The notes: a model not told the origin generated them from the sequence alone. A stretch of 34,680 nt of DNA from Anaerolineales bacterium (GCA_027019845.1 JALUWE010000391.1:1-34680); one strand, 5' to 3'. Positions 7,425 to 16,142 are shown, counted from the first letter of the stretch. Program-made: numbers and translations.

Positions 7425-10313
7425 TCAATCTTTTGTCCTAAAAGCATCATTCTGTTGGGGTTGGCCCACCATGTCTTGGCGAAGAGGCATCTCGATGAAG
7501 AAAGTGCTACCTTTACCATATTCGCTTTCGACCCAAACCCTGCCGTGATGCGCCTCCACAATGGATTTGACAATTGCCAGTCCCAAACCGCTGCCGCGCT
7601 GTTTACTGGTTTTCCGATTGGGAACGCGGTAGAACTTTTCGAACAAACGCAGTTGATCCGCGGGCGAAATGCCTATCCCTGTATCTTGCACTTCGAACAA
7701 CAGCTTGCGCTCGTATGGCTGTATCTTGACCGTCACAAGCACCTGACCACCAGGGTCCGTATATTTGATGGCGTTTTCAACCAGGTTATGGAGCGCCTGC
7801 TGTAATAACGAGGGATCCGCCTCTATAAGCGGGAGCGCTGTGGAGGGATATTGCACATTCAACGTGATATTTTTCTCATCCGCCTGAAACCGCAAAGAAC
7901 TGATAACTTGCTGTACTGTATCTTGAACAGGTATCATCTCCAGCTTCAGGCCAATCCCCGCTTCGATGCGCCCTAGGTCCAGCAGGTTGTTGACCATTTG
8001 CGACATACGATCCACACCGTGCAGGATCTTACGAATGTATTTGGACTGATCTTCATTGACGTGTCCGACCATTTGGAGCATGGTTGCATACCCACGGATT
8101 AGCGTCAGCGGGGAGCGCAAGTCATGGCTAACCGTGGAGACAAAATCCGACTTCAAGGCATCGATTTCCTTGAAGCGGGTCACATCCCGTAAAACACACA
8201 CGCGCCCCATAAGCTGGTTTTCCGCCATGACCGAAGTGGCCTTGGCGACGTACACCTTTCCATCCGGTAGCTCCACCTCTTCGATCACCTCTTCAGTTTG
8301 CAGATCATCCACCGGCGCCTTCAGTAAAGAAATGATCGCTTCTTGAGAGACCGCCTCTTCAATAGGAATCCCCAGTTCGATAGCCGAACCGTCTCCAAAA
8401 ACCTGCCAGGCAGCCGGATTTGCCAATAACAAATGATTTTTGGCATCCGTCACCAGCACGGGGTCCGGCGTTGAGGCCAAGATGGCAGCCAGCCGTTGCC
8501 GTTCGATTTCTGCATTCAACAATGCTCTTCTTTGTTCGTCCAGGTGATTTTGCAGGCTGACTCGCATCCGCTCGAAGGCCCGCCGCATTTGGCCGATTTC
8601 GTCCTCACCCCCGACCACCAGCGGGCGGGCCAGCTCCGCCTGGTTTTGGGCAATATTGGTGGCCTCGAACGCCAATCTTCGCAAAGAACGGGTGACTAAT
8701 CGCAGCGTGACTCGCAGCAATGCCATCAGCACCACCGCCACGACAAACAGAATGCCAAACAATGGCGTGGCAATCGTCAGCGCTTTTTGTTGTACCGCCT
8801 GGGCCGGAACCGACACAATAATCGTCCACGGTTTTCCGCGCACCGGCTGGTAATAGACGATATTTCTCGTCCCGGTAGGGCCGGTTTCGGTGTCGAAGAG
8901 GGCGGTATTCCGGGCTTTTCCCTCATAAGTGGTCAAAATCAAATTGGAATCCGTATGATAGAGCACCTTTCCCTGATCACTGATTAACATCCCGGCTCCC
9001 CCGAGGTCAACAACGCTTTCCAGGCCGGTGATCACCGCGGAGGTAAAAGGGTTTGATTCGAAATCGCTTCTGCCGATCAAAACCCGCCCAACAGACTGAT
9101 CCTGGTCTTTGATGCCCGCGATAAATGACAACTCTACGAAGGGCCTCACCTCGGGACGTTCAATAACGTAATATTGAAAAGGAACACCCTCGAAAGCGAA
9201 GGAAAGCGCGGACCGTTCCAGGCTGATCAAGTCGGAAGCACTCGATTTGGCGGAGGCGACCACCTCACCGTTGCGCCCCACAACGAGAAGTTGGGAGAAA
9301 AACGGGTTACGAAGCAATTGTTGGGATAAGATGTCGGACAAGGTGGCCTGATCGGCTTGCAACAATTCCTGGTCAGAGGCCAGCTCCAGGATCGTGCTCT
9401 GCCCTATCTCTACGGTATACGGCAGGCTTTCGGCAGCCACAGAGGCGGCCTCTTCCATCCGGCTTTTCACGAAATCTTGGGCTATGTTGGCAGCAATGAC
9501 CCATACGACAGCCGTAAGCGCCAAAACCATCAGCCCTACAACAGGGCCAAGTAAGTAAAAGGAACGCGTTTCCAGACTCTTTTCCGCCGGAGAGGGCACC
9601 ATTTTGCCTTGCTTTCCCCACAGAGTCGGGACACCGACCGCCAACACCTCCCCCACCACACACGCCAAAATAAGCGGAATGCCGAAAGCCATCGCCATCA
9701 CCCCGGTACGGGCCAGAGCAAAGTCCAATAGAACGGGCAGCGCACCTTCCAGGCCAAGCATCGTCCCGAAAATGAAGAACACGGGATAGAGGATCATCAA
9801 GATCAGGCCGGCGATCAGGGGATGGCGCAGCGCGCGGTAAAACGACGTGCGGTAGCGCTGGTTGAGGGCAGCCCCCAGCACTGCGCCCATCACACCATAC
9901 ACAAGTGGCTGAAAAGGGTCATGCGTATCGAACAGCGCCAGCAATCCCCCGGAAAGCGCTGCCAACGCCAGTGATGCCGGTGTGCCTAGCAGGCCTGCCG
10001 CCAACACCCACGGAAGCGCGGCAAAGACCATCACCGCGGGCGGGCTGGGACTCACCGGCAAACCGGGCGCGGGTAAGGCCCCGCCGGTGGGGAGGCGAAT
10101 TCCAACGAACAAGGAGGCGATCACTTCGAGAACGAGCGCCCCCCCCAACACAACCAGTTCCCGACCCCCCCATGGCCGGCGCGCATCCCGCCACCGCCAC
10201 CCCAGGTACACCAACCCCGCCAAAAAAAACAGCCACCCCAACCAGCCGATCCAGGTTGGCGGCCATTGAAAATAAGGGGTTTGGTCCTGAAAGAGCGTAG
10301 CAAGCAAGGACAT
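7425..10313 (-). CDS. Large membrane sensor histidine kinase (multi-TM N-terminus, extracytoplasmic sensor region, HAMP/PAS-like, HisKA, HATPase_c)
   Basis: H-box VSHDLRSPLTLIRGY, N-box LHNLVENAIKYT, G1 DTGIGI, G2 GSGLGLAIVKS. The first approx 270 aa are hydrophobic multi-pass. A second TM lies near residue 520, followed by a HAMP-like segment. Assignment of the sensor fold is inference. Confidence 0.92.
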   Translation of the reverse strand: MSLLATLFQDQTPYFQWPPTWIGWLGWLFFLAGLVYLGWRWRDARRPWGGRELVVLGGALVLEVIASLFVGIRLPTGGALPAPGLPVSPSPPAVMVFAALPWVLAAGLLGTPASLALAALSGGLLALFDTHDPFQPLVYGVMGAVLGAALNQRYRTSFYRALRHPLIAGLILMILYPVFFIFGTMLGLEGALPVLLDFALARTGVMAMAFGIPLILACVVGEVLAVGVPTLWGKQGKMVPSPAEKSLETRSFYLLGPVVGLMVLALTAVVWVIAANIAQDFVKSRMEEAASVAAESLPYTVEIGQSTILELASDQELLQADQATLSDILSQQLLRNPFFSQLLVVGRNGEVVASAKSSASDLISLERSALSFAFEGVPFQYYVIERPEVRPFVELSFIAGIKDQDQSVGRVLIGRSDFESNPFTSAVITGLESVVDLGGAGMLISDQGKVLYHTDSNLILTTYEGKARNTALFDTETGPTGTRNIVYYQPVRGKPWTIIVSVPAQAVQQKALTIATPLFGILFVVAVVLMALLRVTLRLVTRSLRRLAFEATNIAQNQAELARPLVVGGEDEIGQMRRAFERMRVSLQNHLDEQRRALLNAEIERQRLAAILASTPDPVLVTDAKNHLLLANPAAWQVFGDGSAIELGIPIEEAVSQEAIISLLKAPVDDLQTEEVIEEVELPDGKVYVAKATSVMAENQLMGRVCVLRDVTRFKEIDALKSDFVSTVSHDLRSPLTLIRGYATMLQMVGHVNEDQSKYIRKILHGVDRMSQMVNNLLDLGRIEAGIGLKLEMIPVQDTVQQVISSLRFQADEKNITLNVQYPSTALPLIEADPSLLQQALHNLVENAIKYTDPGGQVLVTVKIQPYERKLLFEVQDTGIGISPADQLRLFEKFYRVPNRKTSKQRGSGLGLAIVKSIVEAHHGRVWVESEYGKGSTFFIEMPLRQDMVGQPQQNDAFRTKD

Positions 10314-10332
10314 GCGAACTACTTTCGTCGGG

Positions 10333-11079
10333 TCAACGTACCCATTCGATCATCTCGCGCGTGGCCTGAGACAGATCGGAGAAAACGCCTCTGCGGTGCG
10401 GCGGCAACATTTCAGCCAGCACATACATGGCTTCCCGCGCCATTTGTTCGAGTTCCCTGGCGCGCGCGCGCCTGAACTCGGGCCGGATGCGAAATGGACG
10501 GCCAATCTTCACGTGCGCGCCCGGCTGCCACCACCGCCGGGAGAAAGGCACCGTCGGGAAACCGGGTGTGCCCTCGATAGCGACCGGGATGATCGGGGCC
10601 CCGCTGCGGCTGGCGAGGTAAACAGCCCCCTCGCGCGGGGACTGCAACGCGTCGTTCCGCGTCCCCTCCGGCGCGACCAGCAAAATCTCGCCAGCGCGCA
10701 AAACGTCCAGGGCCGTCTGTACCGCGCGGCGATCAATGCCGTCCCGCCGCACGGGAATGACCCCCCATAGCCGGGGGAAAATGCCCACCAGCGGGTAATC
10801 ATACGATTCTACTTTTGCCAGCGGCACAATGTCGCGAGGCATGGCGTGAACCATGACCAGTGGGTCGATGAAGGCGATGTGATTCATCATCAGAATCGCC
10901 GCTCCCTGCTCCGGGATGTTCTCCAGGCCCTCGACGCGTTCTACTTTGGCAAGCAGCGTAAAGCCAATGTGGCGTAGCAAAAACCGGCAGAGCCGCCGGC
11001 GCCACACCAGATCGGCGGGGTTGTACGCTTCCGTCATATGTTCCAAAGGATTGACGAGCGATAAGCGCATACTACACAT
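10333..11079 (-). CDS. PlsC-family (lysophospholipid) acyltransferase, paralog 1
   Basis: HX4D motif NHIAFIDP and PEGTRN block. The ATG at 11079 overlaps the upstream stop by 8 nt. An alternative ATG at 11070 lies just after it. Confidence 0.85.
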   Translation of the reverse strand: MCSMRLSLVNPLEHMTEAYNPADLVWRRRLCRFLLRHIGFTLLAKVERVEGLENIPEQGAAILMMNHIAFIDPLVMVHAMPRDIVPLAKVESYDYPLVGIFPRLWGVIPVRRDGIDRRAVQTALDVLRAGEILLVAPEGTRNDALQSPREGAVYLASRSGAPIIPVAIEGTPGFPTVPFSRRWWQPGAHVKIGRPFRIRPEFRRARARELEQMAREAMYVLAEMLPPHRRGVFSDLSQATREMIEWVR

Positions 11080-11800
11080 CGAAGAGATACACGCCTCGAT
11101 AGGCAGGCGGTAACTGCCGGGCTAATGCCCGCATGATTTTGTGTGTCCCTTGGCGAACAGCCTCCCTCCGGTTGGGATAGGGGTCGAGATGAAACATCTT
11201 CCCAATTGTAAGGGATATTTTTGGCTTGCGAAACCTTTTTAAGCTGCCATACACATTTTTGTCTTCTGTGCCTACGAAAGTGATCGGCAAAACAGGCACC
11301 TGTGCTTTCCAGGCGAGATAGGCTGCGCCGCCAGCCCCTTCTTCCAGCGCGCCAGTCACGCTCTGACGCCCTTCCGGCGCCAGCGCGATGAAGCGGCCTT
11401 GTGCCAGCCCTTGCAGTGCGGCCCGGAGGGCGCGGCGGTCCGGTCTTCCACGGTGTACCCAGATCACGCCATACGCATCCAGCAGTTTACCCAGGACCGG
11501 GTAATCGTACAGCTCGGCCTTCGCCAGCCCGTCGGGGGCCACGGGCAGGAAAGCCAGCCCCAACGGCACGTCCGCGTCTCCCAGGTGATTGGTCACGATC
11601 AGCGCCGGCCCCTGCTCGGGGAAATTTTCCAAACCGTTCACCTCTGCCACTGTCAGCCAGCGGATGAGCAATCGTGAGACCAGCTGCCAAAGCTTCCGCC
11701 AGCGCAGACGGCGTTTGGTCAGTTCCGGCAGCCGCGTCAGGTGTGGACGCCAGACTTCGCTAACCGGTTTGGGCGGACTGGGGGAAACGGTTGACAGCAT
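11072..11800 (-). CDS. PlsC-family acyltransferase, paralog 2
   Basis: NHLGDADVP (HX4D) and APEGRQS. I prefer the ATG at 11800, preceded by AAGGAG, over the TTG at 11836. It still overlaps the upstream gene end by 41 nt. Confidence 0.8.
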   Translation of the reverse strand: MLSTVSPSPPKPVSEVWRPHLTRLPELTKRRLRWRKLWQLVSRLLIRWLTVAEVNGLENFPEQGPALIVTNHLGDADVPLGLAFLPVAPDGLAKAELYDYPVLGKLLDAYGVIWVHRGRPDRRALRAALQGLAQGRFIALAPEGRQSVTGALEEGAGGAAYLAWKAQVPVLPITFVGTEDKNVYGSLKRFRKPKISLTIGKMFHLDPYPNRREAVRQGTHKIMRALARQLPPAYRGVYLFDV

Positions 11801-12458
11801 ACACTCCTTGATACTCAGCCGGCAGCAACGCGGCAATATGCTGCATCACCAGGTCAGCGTTGCGCTGCCGCGCTTCGCGGCGTTCCCGGCCGCGCCCCGT
11901 AATGGGGGGCAGATGAAATGGTTTGCCGATGCGCATTTCCAATTTGGGACGCGCACCCCGCAACGCGCGTGCGAGCATCTCATCCGAGTTGCCCACCACG
12001 CCCACCGGTAACACCGGCGCCCGCACCTGGTCTACCAGATAGGCAATGCCGGGGTGGGCGCGTTGCATTCCGGGAACGTGGGAGCGCTGGCCTTCGGGCG
12101 CGATGGACAACGGCAAACCGGCCTCCAGCACAGCCACTGCTTTCTCTATCAACGCCCTGTCGATAGCGCCGCGGTGTACCGGGATCGTGCCATACATACG
12201 GACGATGATGTTCTGGCCCCGCCGGTGCCACAGCGCAGCCGCCCCCACGGTCTCCGCAGCGACCGGCCAGAAGGCGAGAATGAAAGCCGGGTCCACAATC
12301 GAAACATGGTTATACGCCACCAGATACGGGCCAGAGGGCGGGATGTTTTCCACTCCCAGGATGCGAATCCGGTACAGCACACGGAATATCTGGCGAAAAA
12401 CAACGCGTAAGAGGCTTCTCCGTAACTGAAGCGTCCAGGAGACCCGGTATTTCTGCAT
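11760..12458 (-). CDS. PlsC-family acyltransferase, paralog 3
   Basis: YNHVSIVDP (HX4D) and APEGQRS. ATG at 12458, 26 nt downstream of the cmk stop. Confidence 0.8.
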   Translation of the reverse strand: MQKYRVSWTLQLRRSLLRVVFRQIFRVLYRIRILGVENIPPSGPYLVAYNHVSIVDPAFILAFWPVAAETVGAAALWHRRGQNIIVRMYGTIPVHRGAIDRALIEKAVAVLEAGLPLSIAPEGQRSHVPGMQRAHPGIAYLVDQVRAPVLPVGVVGNSDEMLARALRGARPKLEMRIGKPFHLPPITGRGRERREARQRNADLVMQHIAALLPAEYQGVYAVNRFPQSAQTG

Positions 12459-12484
12459 GGTTTTTGACTGCTTTTCGACAATGA

Positions 12485-13183
12485 TTATACAGCCGCTTTC
12501 TCAGACTGGAATCCGACCAGGGCTTTGATTTTCTCGAAAACCTGCTCCACGCTCAAGTTATCGGTGTTGATGATAATCGCGTCTTCAGCCGGTTTCAGGG
12601 GGGCGACTTCGCGGGTGGAATCGATGCGGTCGCGGGCGCGCATGGAGGCCAAAACCTGCTCGAAGGGGATGTTTTCCCCGCGCGCCAGGCATTCTTGATA
12701 GCGACGGCGGGCGCGCTCCTCCACCGAAGCGTCCAAATAAATTTTCAACTCCGCCTCGGGCAACACCACTGTTCCGATGTCCCGTCCAATCATGATCACC
12801 TTCCCCCGCAGCCCGATGCGGCGTTGTTGGGCCGACAAGGCCTTACGCACGCCAGGATATGCAGACACGATGGAAACCTTCGCGTCCACCTCGGGAGTGC
12901 GCAGCCACGGGGTCAGGTCCTCTCCGTCTACCAAAACGTCGTTGTCGCGCCCGTCTGCCACGGATGGCGGGCGCACATCGATCTGTGCTGTTTCGGACAA
13001 ACGGGTCATCTGGCCTTCATCGTTGATGTCCAACGCGCGTTTCAGAGCAGCACTGGTGACCGCGCGATACATCACCCCCGAATCAAAATACAAATACCCC
13101 AGCAAGCGGGCGAGTTTCAACCCCAAAGTAGATTTGCCAGAACCTGCGGGGCCGTCAATCGCGATGATGTTTGGTATTGCCAT
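12485..13183 (-). CDS. cmk: Cytidylate kinase
   Basis: N-terminal IAIDGPAGSGKST P-loop, DSG.MYR and GRDIGTVV blocks typical of Cmk. Length 232 aa. Confidence 0.93.
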   Translation of the reverse strand: MAIPNIIAIDGPAGSGKSTLGLKLARLLGYLYFDSGVMYRAVTSAALKRALDINDEGQMTRLSETAQIDVRPPSVADGRDNDVLVDGEDLTPWLRTPEVDAKVSIVSAYPGVRKALSAQQRRIGLRGKVIMIGRDIGTVVLPEAELKIYLDASVEERARRRYQECLARGENIPFEQVLASMRARDRIDSTREVAPLKPAEDAIIINTDNLSVEQVFEKIKALVGFQSEKAAV

Positions 13184-13207
13184 ACACTTTCCCTGCTCCA
13201 GCCAGGA

Positions 13208-15025
13208 TTAACGCAGCGGCAGCTCGCTTTCTATTTCTTCCTCTGGAATGAATTGTGTCTCCCCCTCGGCGACCGGGCTTTCCGCCTGCACTTCCGAAGA
13301 ACCGCCGCCAGGAAACAGGTCCGCACGCGCCCAGACGATGATCTGCTCCGAAACCGTTGGCGCCCGGCGCACGACCAGCCATGTCAACCAATCGCTCGCT
13401 GTGATCGCATCCCAGGCAGGCGACACCCGCCAGGTGAAATCCTGCCCGCGGTAAGAAAAGGCTGCTTTCAAGGCCGTCTGCTCCGCTGTGGTGACGATGG
13501 CCGACGGCAAATCTCCCGGCGAAACCGTCTCTTGAAAGCGCACGTAAGGCAGTTGGCGCAGGCTCCAGCGCAGTGAGGGATAATCCACCAGCACCACCAC
13601 ATCCAGGCTGTCCCGTCTTCCGGCAGACCACTCGCCCAGATCGCCCAACGTACGCATCAACAAATCTTGCTGCCCGGTCATCGCGCCAGGTGTCCAGACA
13701 TCCATCTTGCGAGAGGTATCCCGAGAGCTGCCCCCCCAAATTCCGGATAGCATTCCGACCCCTAACGCCAAACACACCCCCAACACCGCGCCCCGCGTTG
13801 CCACCTGAGGCGGCCACGCGGTGGCGACCAATAGTGTGGACAGCACCCCCAGCATGATCGCCCCCCCAATGACCACCCAACGCAAAACATACACCCGATC
13901 TCCCGGTTGCACCACGGATAAACCCGCAACATTGACCCACAGGGCACTAAACAAAACCACCAACAACGCGGCCAAAGCCCAGGAAACGATGTTCTCGTAA
14001 GATTGTCCTGTCTCCCATTTCAAATACCGGGCGATCTCCAAAGCGGCCAACCCCCACAGAGACACCAGCGGCCAGGCCAGCTCGGCGACCTGACGACCTG
14101 GATACACCAACGCCAGTAGCAAAGCGGCCAGAAACCAGACACCCAGCGCGCGGCGCAGGGCTGTGGTATCCGATGGTTTGCCCGCCCAGGCGCGTCCCAT
14201 CGAAATCAATCCGAAAACCAGCGCCAAAGGCTGGTACATCATCAAAGCCAACCCCAACCGGGAAGCCGGAACCCCAGAGGGAATCAGCCAGCCCTGGACG
14301 TAGGCGGGCAAAGCCGTCGCCATCGCGCCCAGGCCTTGCGGAAAACGCAAAAAAAGCGTCCCGGCCAATAACAGTGTGCCCCCCCCGGAGATGAAGCCTG
14401 CTCTAAGAGTGGCCGACCCGCTGCCGGGCAGGTCCGGCAGCCACTTGCTCGGGTTCTGGCGTTCACCACGGGGGAATATCCGAAAAGCGCGCAGGATGCC
14501 CCAGGTAAGTCCTAAACCAAGCATTCCAGCCCAAAATGGCGGGCCGGAGAGGATCGCCAGCCCGACCAATATCCCCCCCAGCACAGTTTGGGAAACCGAG
14601 AAGGCAGCCAACCCCAGCAGGCCAAAACCGACCGCCATCATGGGGCCGCCAGCCAGTCTGGAGAGGGCGACCAACCCCGGGTCAATCGCCAGGCCAATAG
14701 CCATTACCAGCGCGGCTTTGCGTCCCAATCGTTCCCGGAAGAAAAACGGCAGCAATACCAGCAGGCTGCCTGCAATGAGCGGCAACAGCCGGGCAAGTTG
14801 ATCGCCGCTGCCAAACAGGAAGAAGAGCAATCCAGTGAGCAGCACGTAGCCTGGCTGAGCACCGATTTCCGTGGGGTTTCCTTGCGCGACGTCCCAGGCG
14901 CGCATAGCCCAGGAGGCCTCGAAATCCGACAGGGGGCTTTCCGGCGCTATCAAACGCACAACAATTGCCAGAAAGAGCACCCCAAAGTACACGGCGTGTT
15001 CGATAGTCAGTGACTGATTTTTCAT
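13208..15025 (-). CDS. Polytopic integral membrane protein, possibly GT-C/ArnT-like glycosyltransferase fold (function uncertain)
   Basis: 605 aa with more than 10 hydrophobic helices over the first approx 430 aa, then a soluble C-terminal domain. The overall layout resembles PMT/ArnT-like or TIGR03663-type proteins, but I see no diagnostic catalytic motif. Confidence 0.75.
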   Translation of the reverse strand: MKNQSLTIEHAVYFGVLFLAIVVRLIAPESPLSDFEASWAMRAWDVAQGNPTEIGAQPGYVLLTGLLFFLFGSGDQLARLLPLIAGSLLVLLPFFFRERLGRKAALVMAIGLAIDPGLVALSRLAGGPMMAVGFGLLGLAAFSVSQTVLGGILVGLAILSGPPFWAGMLGLGLTWGILRAFRIFPRGERQNPSKWLPDLPGSGSATLRAGFISGGGTLLLAGTLFLRFPQGLGAMATALPAYVQGWLIPSGVPASRLGLALMMYQPLALVFGLISMGRAWAGKPSDTTALRRALGVWFLAALLLALVYPGRQVAELAWPLVSLWGLAALEIARYLKWETGQSYENIVSWALAALLVVLFSALWVNVAGLSVVQPGDRVYVLRWVVIGGAIMLGVLSTLLVATAWPPQVATRGAVLGVCLALGVGMLSGIWGGSSRDTSRKMDVWTPGAMTGQQDLLMRTLGDLGEWSAGRRDSLDVVVLVDYPSLRWSLRQLPYVRFQETVSPGDLPSAIVTTAEQTALKAAFSYRGQDFTWRVSPAWDAITASDWLTWLVVRRAPTVSEQIIVWARADLFPGGGSSEVQAESPVAEGETQFIPEEEIESELPLR

Positions 15026-15033
15026 CGCCCGAT

Positions 15034-15063
15034 ATTATAACAGCGCAAGATCGGAAATTTGAA
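15034..15063 (-). promoter_or_regulatory. Candidate sigma-70-type promoter of the membrane-protein/cmk/plsC operon, leaderless-type geometry
   Basis: Minus strand: TTCAAA (15063-15058), 18-nt spacer, TATAAT (15039-15034). Only 8 nt separate the -10 from the ATG at 15025, and there is no SD. Confidence 0.35.
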
Positions 15064-15335
15064 AAATCCCCGGGAATCAGATCCATCTCAGCAGACCGAA
15101 ATTGTAGACTTAGCTATTCAACCTGAGCTTCGGAAAAAGCTCCCCTTTGGAAGGGTCACTGCGAACCGCGGTCAGTAGGACTTACGCAGTTCATGCCGGC
15201 TGTTGCCCGTGTCATTCTGAGCGCTGTTGTTTGTGTCATTCTGAGTGATAGCGAAGAATCTCAGCCATGGTGGGGGGAGATGGAGACGAACGACCGGGGA
15301 CGGGGGACGGTTATTCGGCGCGTGATTATTGGGGG

Positions 15336-15361
15336 TCGGGGCGACCGGCCGGTCGCCCCGA
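15336..15361. repeat. Perfect 26-nt GC-rich palindrome
   Basis: TCGGGGCGACCGG|CCGGTCGCCCCGA, two perfect 13-nt arms. It lies inside a disrupted copy of the GTCATTCTGAG element. Confidence 0.85.
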
Positions 15362-15394
15362 CGGTCGCTGCGCTCTCTCAATGACAGGGTTGCG

Positions 15395-15471
15395 CGTCAT
15401 TCTGAGCGACAGCGAAGAATCTCGCTTGTGATGAGGGAGATTCTTCGGGCACTTCGTGCCCTCAGAATGAC
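15395..15471. repeat. REP-like composite hairpin element (GTCATTCTGAG family)
   Basis: CGTCATTCTGAG-CGACAGCG-AAGAATCTC ... GAGATTCTT-CGGGCACTTCGTGCC-CTCAGAATGACG, with two nested stems of 11-12 and 9 bp. Partial copies of the left arm at 15211-15223 and 15235-15262. A degenerate right arm (CTCAATGAC) near 15377-15385. Confidence 0.8.
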
Positions 15472-15685
15472 GGGGCTTGCAGGTCAAAGTCGCACCCAGA
15501 CCTCACAGGTCTCAAAGCGCATAGAGATGCCCGGATGCGATCGATTTTGGGTAAAATCTTCCTGCATCGTGTGGTGGTAGACCTGTGAGGTCTAACCTGT
15601 CCTCCTATCACTTACTCCATGACCGCTACCCTCCCATCGGTGGGAACAATCACCAAAATCAACAAAATTCGGGTATGATTACAGT

Positions 15686-15997
15686 ATGCAAACCGTTGAA
15701 ATCCATCGCTGGTCAGAAACCGAGCCGCCATCAGAAGCCAGAATTCGGCAGCTCCTGGCGCAAGAAGGACTGGCACCGTATCAATGGGCAAACGGCCCGC
15801 ACGATGTCTATGCCCCTCATTCCCATACCTACCACAAAGTGATCTATGTAGTGGCAGGCTCTATCCGTTTTGGGCTGCCTGAAACAGGCCAGCAAATCAC
15901 CCTGGAAGCCGGAGACAGATTGGAATTGCCGCCCAACGTGGTCCACAATGCCGTAGTCGGGCCTGAAGGCGTGGTTTGCCTGGAGGCACATCGTTGA
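15686..15997 (+). CDS. Cupin-domain protein (cupin_2 type)
   Basis: 103 aa with HSHTYHKVIYVVAGS ... LELPPNVVHNAV, the two-His/one-His cupin metal-site pattern. Confidence 0.85.
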   Translation: MQTVEIHRWSETEPPSEARIRQLLAQEGLAPYQWANGPHDVYAPHSHTYHKVIYVVAGSIRFGLPETGQQITLEAGDRLELPPNVVHNAVVGPEGVVCLEAHR

Positions 15998-16085
15998 AGC
16001 GGGAGCCAGGAGAAGGCAAGATTCGCCGAGGGCAACATCAGTATTGCAATAGTACTTAAGTCCTGTTGGCTTACCCATCCCCCCC

Positions 16086-16114
16086 TTGACTTGCATACAC
16101 TAGCGTGCTAAAAT
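16086..16114 (+). promoter_or_regulatory. Near-consensus sigma-70 promoter driving the riboswitch-flp transcript
   Basis: TTGACT (16086-16091), exactly 17-nt spacer, TAAAAT (16109-16114). The predicted TSS near 16121 is about 20 nt before the aptamer. Confidence 0.55.
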
Positions 16115-16142
16115 AACAACCAGAACCTGAACAATTTTCTTT

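Larger units (their letters stand above)
15177..15597 (+). mobile_element. MITE-like repeat, copy A (split by nested palindromic repeats, 3' end truncated)
   Basis: The 5' end AGGACTTACGCAG matches copies B and C. 15488-15597 (GTCGCACCCAGACCTCACAGGTCTCAAAGCGCAT...GTAGACCTGTGAGGTCT) is near-identical to them. About 290 nt of unrelated palindromic repeats lie between. The terminal CGTAAGT inverted repeat is missing. Confidence 0.7.

Noticed and set aside
12695-13940. ORFs 12695..13576 (+), 12777..13211 (+) and 13155..13940 (-)
   Set aside because: They are alternative or antisense frames of cmk and the membrane-protein gene and are compositionally biased (R/G/P/A). The annotated frames have clear P-loop or TM-helix signals.
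15329-15580. Small ORFs 15329..15580, 18403..18597 and 27207..27503 with similar peptide tails (e.g. LKAHGDARMQFVLGKIFLHRVVVDL)
   Set aside because: The similarity comes from translating the MITE-like repeat. Frames and lengths differ between copies, and there is no start-site context.
15495-15597. Repeated GACCTCACAGGTC / GACCTGTGAGGTC motifs considered as a CRISPR-like array
   Set aside because: The motifs are inverted, not direct. They occur as one or two pairs inside dispersed 140-185-nt elements, without regular spacers or cas genes.
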